Shown here: positions 25,551-27,783 of the stretch, one piece after another
Layout: each line of letters starts with the position of its first letter
Position numbering within the stretch: position 1 is the first letter of the stretch
DNA from: a virus
Lineage: Duplodnaviria > Caudoviricetes
IMG/VR virus record: IMGVR_UViG_3300024254_000117
Location: 1 to 27,783 of that record
DNA: 27,783 nt
Direction: 5' to 3' (one strand)
Notes under the pieces: model-generated
What the model was told of the DNA's origin: nothing
The model's database searches: none
Seen by the model: the letters and a program-made list of their open reading frames with translations, nothing else
Translations under genes and position numbers: made by a program

Positions 25551-25647
25551 TGCCAAGATTGAGATTTGCACTCCGCACACAAATATTGTGACGACTACTA
25601 GGATGACTTGATTATATACTTTCGTAAACGGTTCCTAGCTCTTGGCA
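25551..25647 (-). ncRNA. tRNA-like structured element
   Basis: TGCCAAGA/TCTTGGCA closing stem, CTAGGA/TCCTAG and CACAA/TTGTG stems, and a T-arm-like GAG-TGCAAAT-CTC; no clear D arm or anticodon loop. Confidence 0.35.
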
Positions 25648-25709
25648 TAATTAGTTCGATTTTTAACTACATCATCGTGCATACATCATAATGTAGTTAA
25701 AATGTTCGA

Positions 25710-25868
25710 TTAGTCGGCATTATTTCTATTAAATACGATAAGTAATATAACAATACCTACCATTCCAGCAACAAAGTCCTGTTTATAAATTGCATAATTA
25801 TAAAAAATAATCGCCAAGAATTGCCATAATAATAAAAATCCTGTTGATTTTGAAATTTTAATCTTCAT
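25710..25868 (-). CDS. Small membrane protein with two hydrophobic segments (52 aa)
   Basis: Hand-translated MKIKISKSTGFLLLWQFLAIIFYNYAIYKQDFVAGMVGIVILLIVFNRNNAD. Confidence 0.5.
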   Translation of the reverse strand: MKIKISKSTGFLLLWQFLAIIFYNYAIYKQDFVAGMVGIVILLIVFNRNNAD

Positions 25869-25886
25869 TTATACAAACACTTATTA

Positions 25887-26249
25887 TTACGCTTGATTAG
25901 CCTCAAGAATTTCAGGATATTCGTATATATTTCCTATCACTTCTGCTTCTCTTGGATTAAAATAAAAAGCCCAACCGAAAGCTCTATATCCGCTTTCAGG
26001 TTCCATTACTTCTTCCCAACTAAAAGTATCCGGCTTGTAATCGGGATGTTTTAGAATATCGCCTTCGTAAATCTCTTTATCATTTATATCCTTCAAGCCA
26101 GTATATTGCATGATTTCAATATTGCCTTTTCCCTGAATGACATCGCTTGCATACCATGACTGCATTAACTTATGGTTAAGCATTTTATCCATAAAATACA
26201 TTTTCTTTTCGTCTTTATCGTATGCTCTAAATTTTAGTTCTCTATTCAT
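25887..26249 (-). CDS. YopX family protein
   Basis: RELKFRAYDK, MQYTGLKD.N.KEIYEGDIL and EVIGNIYE signature motifs. Confidence 0.92.
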   Translation of the reverse strand: MNRELKFRAYDKDEKKMYFMDKMLNHKLMQSWYASDVIQGKGNIEIMQYTGLKDINDKEIYEGDILKHPDYKPDTFSWEEVMEPESGYRAFGWAFYFNPREAEVIGNIYEYPEILEANQA

Positions 26250-26269
26250 AAAAGTGATTCATTTTACGC

Positions 26270-26367
26270 TTGAGAACTCACTACTGCTCAGCACCGACAT
26301 ATTATTGCCATCCTGCCGGTCTATCGCCAGGCACTCTTCAACTAGCTGAGCATGAGTCAATTTTCAA
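26270..26367 (-). ncRNA. Candidate structured RNA (multi-stem)
   Basis: Minus strand TTGAAAA...TTCTCAA, ACTCA/TGAGT and TGCTCAGC/GCTGAGCA stems enclosing CCTG/CAGG and GGCA/TGTC hairpins. Confidence 0.45.
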
Positions 26368-26528
26368 TTATCCCACTCATAAGACCAACTCAAACCTTCT
26401 CCACTCAAGCAATCGTTATCCACAACCGTTTCTTTACACCTTCCGTTTATCAAATGTTCAATAACGGTGATTTCAAGATCATGCTTTATGTGTTTTGGTG
26501 CTAATATTTCTATTGCTGAGTTTTTCAT
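26364..26528 (-). CDS. Small hypothetical protein (54 aa)
   Basis: Hand-translated MKNSAIEILAPKHIKHDLEITVIEH...WSYEWDN. Confidence 0.4.
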   Translation of the reverse strand: MKNSAIEILAPKHIKHDLEITVIEHLINGRCKETVVDNDCLSGEGLSWSYEWDN

Positions 26529-26530
26529 GC

Positions 26531-26692
26531 TTAAAAATCAATGTTCTTCGGATTTTTTACTAGTTCCAATATATCGTTATATGCTTGCTGGTATCCTTTT
26601 ATGTAACAGTTTTTACAATCTACTTTATTTGCTTCTTTTTTGATTTTTTTAGGATTCCAAGCTTTTAATAAATTATCTTTTGTTAATTCCAT
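26531..26692 (-). CDS. Small hypothetical protein (53 aa)
   Basis: Likely start MELTKD; CKNCY..GY..AYND motif is common in small phage ORFs. Confidence 0.5.
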   Translation of the reverse strand: MELTKDNLLKAWNPKKIKKEANKVDCKNCYIKGYQQAYNDILELVKNPKNIDF

Positions 26693-26709
26693 ACGTGTAA
26701 AATGGTCGT

Positions 26710-26940
26710 TTATTCCGTGTGTTCCTCGGTTATATCTTTTACTGTTGTTTGCCAAGTAACAAGTTTAAGAATCTGTTTGCTTTTAGTTCCGAGTTTATTA
26801 TAAGCATTGACTGCATCAGTTATATTGCTGAATTCTTCAAAATGATGATTACATTCCTCATCGCTTGCGCCGACTGCAATTTCATCCCAATTATAATAAA
26901 CAATATATTTTTCTTTTAACATACTTCGACTAACCTCCAT
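26710..26940 (-). CDS. Hypothetical protein (76 aa)
   Basis: TAATG coupling with the upstream ORF. Confidence 0.55.
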   Translation of the reverse strand: MEVSRSMLKEKYIVYYNWDEIAVGASDEECNHHFEEFSNITDAVNAYNKLGTKSKQILKLVTWQTTVKDITEEHTE

Positions 26941-27131
26941 TATTCCGTGCTCTTTGGCACATCATATAAATATTTATCCTTGATACATTTCTCTAAATAT
27001 TCAATATGAGCATCAATTTCTTTTTGTCGTTTCGGATTATGTCCAACATTTATCTTTTCTTTTTTCCAGGAAAGAATAGTCTTTTGCATATTGTTGATTG
27101 CTTCTTCTGATAAGATTTTATTATCGCTCAT
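26940..27131 (-). CDS. Hypothetical protein (63 aa)
   Basis: Co-oriented, tightly packed ORF. Confidence 0.5.
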   Translation of the reverse strand: MSDNKILSEEAINNMQKTILSWKKEKINVGHNPKRQKEIDAHIEYLEKCIKDKYLYDVPKSTE

Positions 27132-27151
27132 ACTTCTATACGATTTTAGGC

Positions 27152-27502
27152 TTAGATTTCTCTATTCGATTGCATTATCGCTCCTGCATGTCTTGTTGAT
27201 GCTTCCCAAAATGTCGGATCATTTTGCTGGACATTTGAAACAAAATCCCGTCTACCCTTACTCCATTCGTCAATTTCTTTTTTATCTCCTAAATAACAAT
27301 GATTACAAATAAATGTCCATTCCCCATAAGTCCCCGCAACTTTATTATTTCCATTGTAAAAATCGAATTGTGAGCAACCAATCCCGTCTGGATATTTCTT
27401 AATTGGGATATGCCAAATACACTGACATTGTCGCCTTCCAAAAACTTTACCAATAAAGTCTAGTAAAAATCTCTGCTTATGTTCTGTATGTTTTCTACTC
27501 AT
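27152..27502 (-). CDS. Hypothetical Cys-containing protein (116 aa)
   Basis: CQC...C...ICNHC pattern; co-oriented ORF. Confidence 0.5.
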   Translation of the reverse strand: MSRKHTEHKQRFLLDFIGKVFGRRQCQCIWHIPIKKYPDGIGCSQFDFYNGNNKVAGTYGEWTFICNHCYLGDKKEIDEWSKGRRDFVSNVQQNDPTFWEASTRHAGAIMQSNREI

Positions 27503-27513
27503 AATTACTATTG

Positions 27514-27765
27514 TTAGTCTGCATCTTTATATTTTTCAGGGTGTAAAACCTTATCTACTTTTACAAATCTGCCTTTCTCGTCTTTGAAAATATAGTGAGC
27601 CTTTAATTTGAATCCGTTAAGAATAAAATCACTCAACTCTTTTTTAATCTCATATCCATCAATATCAATTTTATCTACCAATGACTTGCTACCAGTAATC
27701 TCAAGATTGATAATTTCTTGGTTAGCTAGTGTAATTTTTAATGTTTTGGTTATATTTTCTTCCAT
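27514..27765 (-). CDS. Hypothetical protein (83 aa)
   Basis: Co-oriented ORF; contains a KDEKGRF motif. Confidence 0.5.
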   Translation of the reverse strand: MEENITKTLKITLANQEIINLEITGSKSLVDKIDIDGYEIKKELSDFILNGFKLKAHYIFKDEKGRFVKVDKVLHPEKYKDAD

Positions 27766-27783
27766 ATTATTTGATTAAATGTA

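Noticed and set aside
25551-25647. Canonical tRNA call
   Set aside because: No D arm with GG, no 7-nt anticodon loop and a shortened T stem; kept only as tRNA-like.
26710-26949. Adjacent genes both end in CACGGAATAA
   Set aside because: Only two 10-bp copies at gene ends, with no associated structure; insufficient support.
733-27312. All plus-strand ORFs in the track (e.g. 7878-8216, 10646-10942, 17690-17947, 23270-23521)
   Set aside because: Almost all are antisense shadows of well-supported minus-strand genes, and none has a recognisable motif or RBS.
1-27783. Stop-codon reassignment
   Set aside because: Genes are full-length in the standard code, and TAA, TAG and TGA all terminate well-supported genes.

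Overview
A 27.8 kb segment of a tailed dsDNA phage or prophage genome (standard genetic code), with all credible genes on the minus strand. In transcription order (right to left) it holds small accessory ORFs (YopX, RusA-like, ParB-N) with several structured intergenic elements, then small and large terminase, portal, scaffold and an SU10/DUF5309-type major capsid protein. Next comes a glycosylation module (three glycosyltransferases and a GDP-mannose 3,5-epimerase-like SDR), followed by a set of virion accessory proteins (a 14-aa-repeat fibre, two clan GH-A/GH5-like hydrolases and a beta-helix tailspike). The window ends with podovirus-type tail adaptor and nozzle genes, the latter cut off by the window edge. 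The most striking feature is a cis-regulatory cassette repeated seven times in front of late gene blocks. Each copy has a sigma70 promoter, then a 5' hairpin with a covarying 4-bp stem and a conserved HAYUGAA loop whose 3' arm overlaps an intrinsic terminator, then an ATG with no Shine-Dalgarno sequence. An eighth, terminator-less copy of the loop hairpin lies in the scaffold leader. This suggests a protein-dependent attenuation/antitermination system for late genes; a small DUF2292/YezD-like ORF just upstream of the first copy is a candidate trans factor. All family calls come from motif recognition by eye, not database searches.
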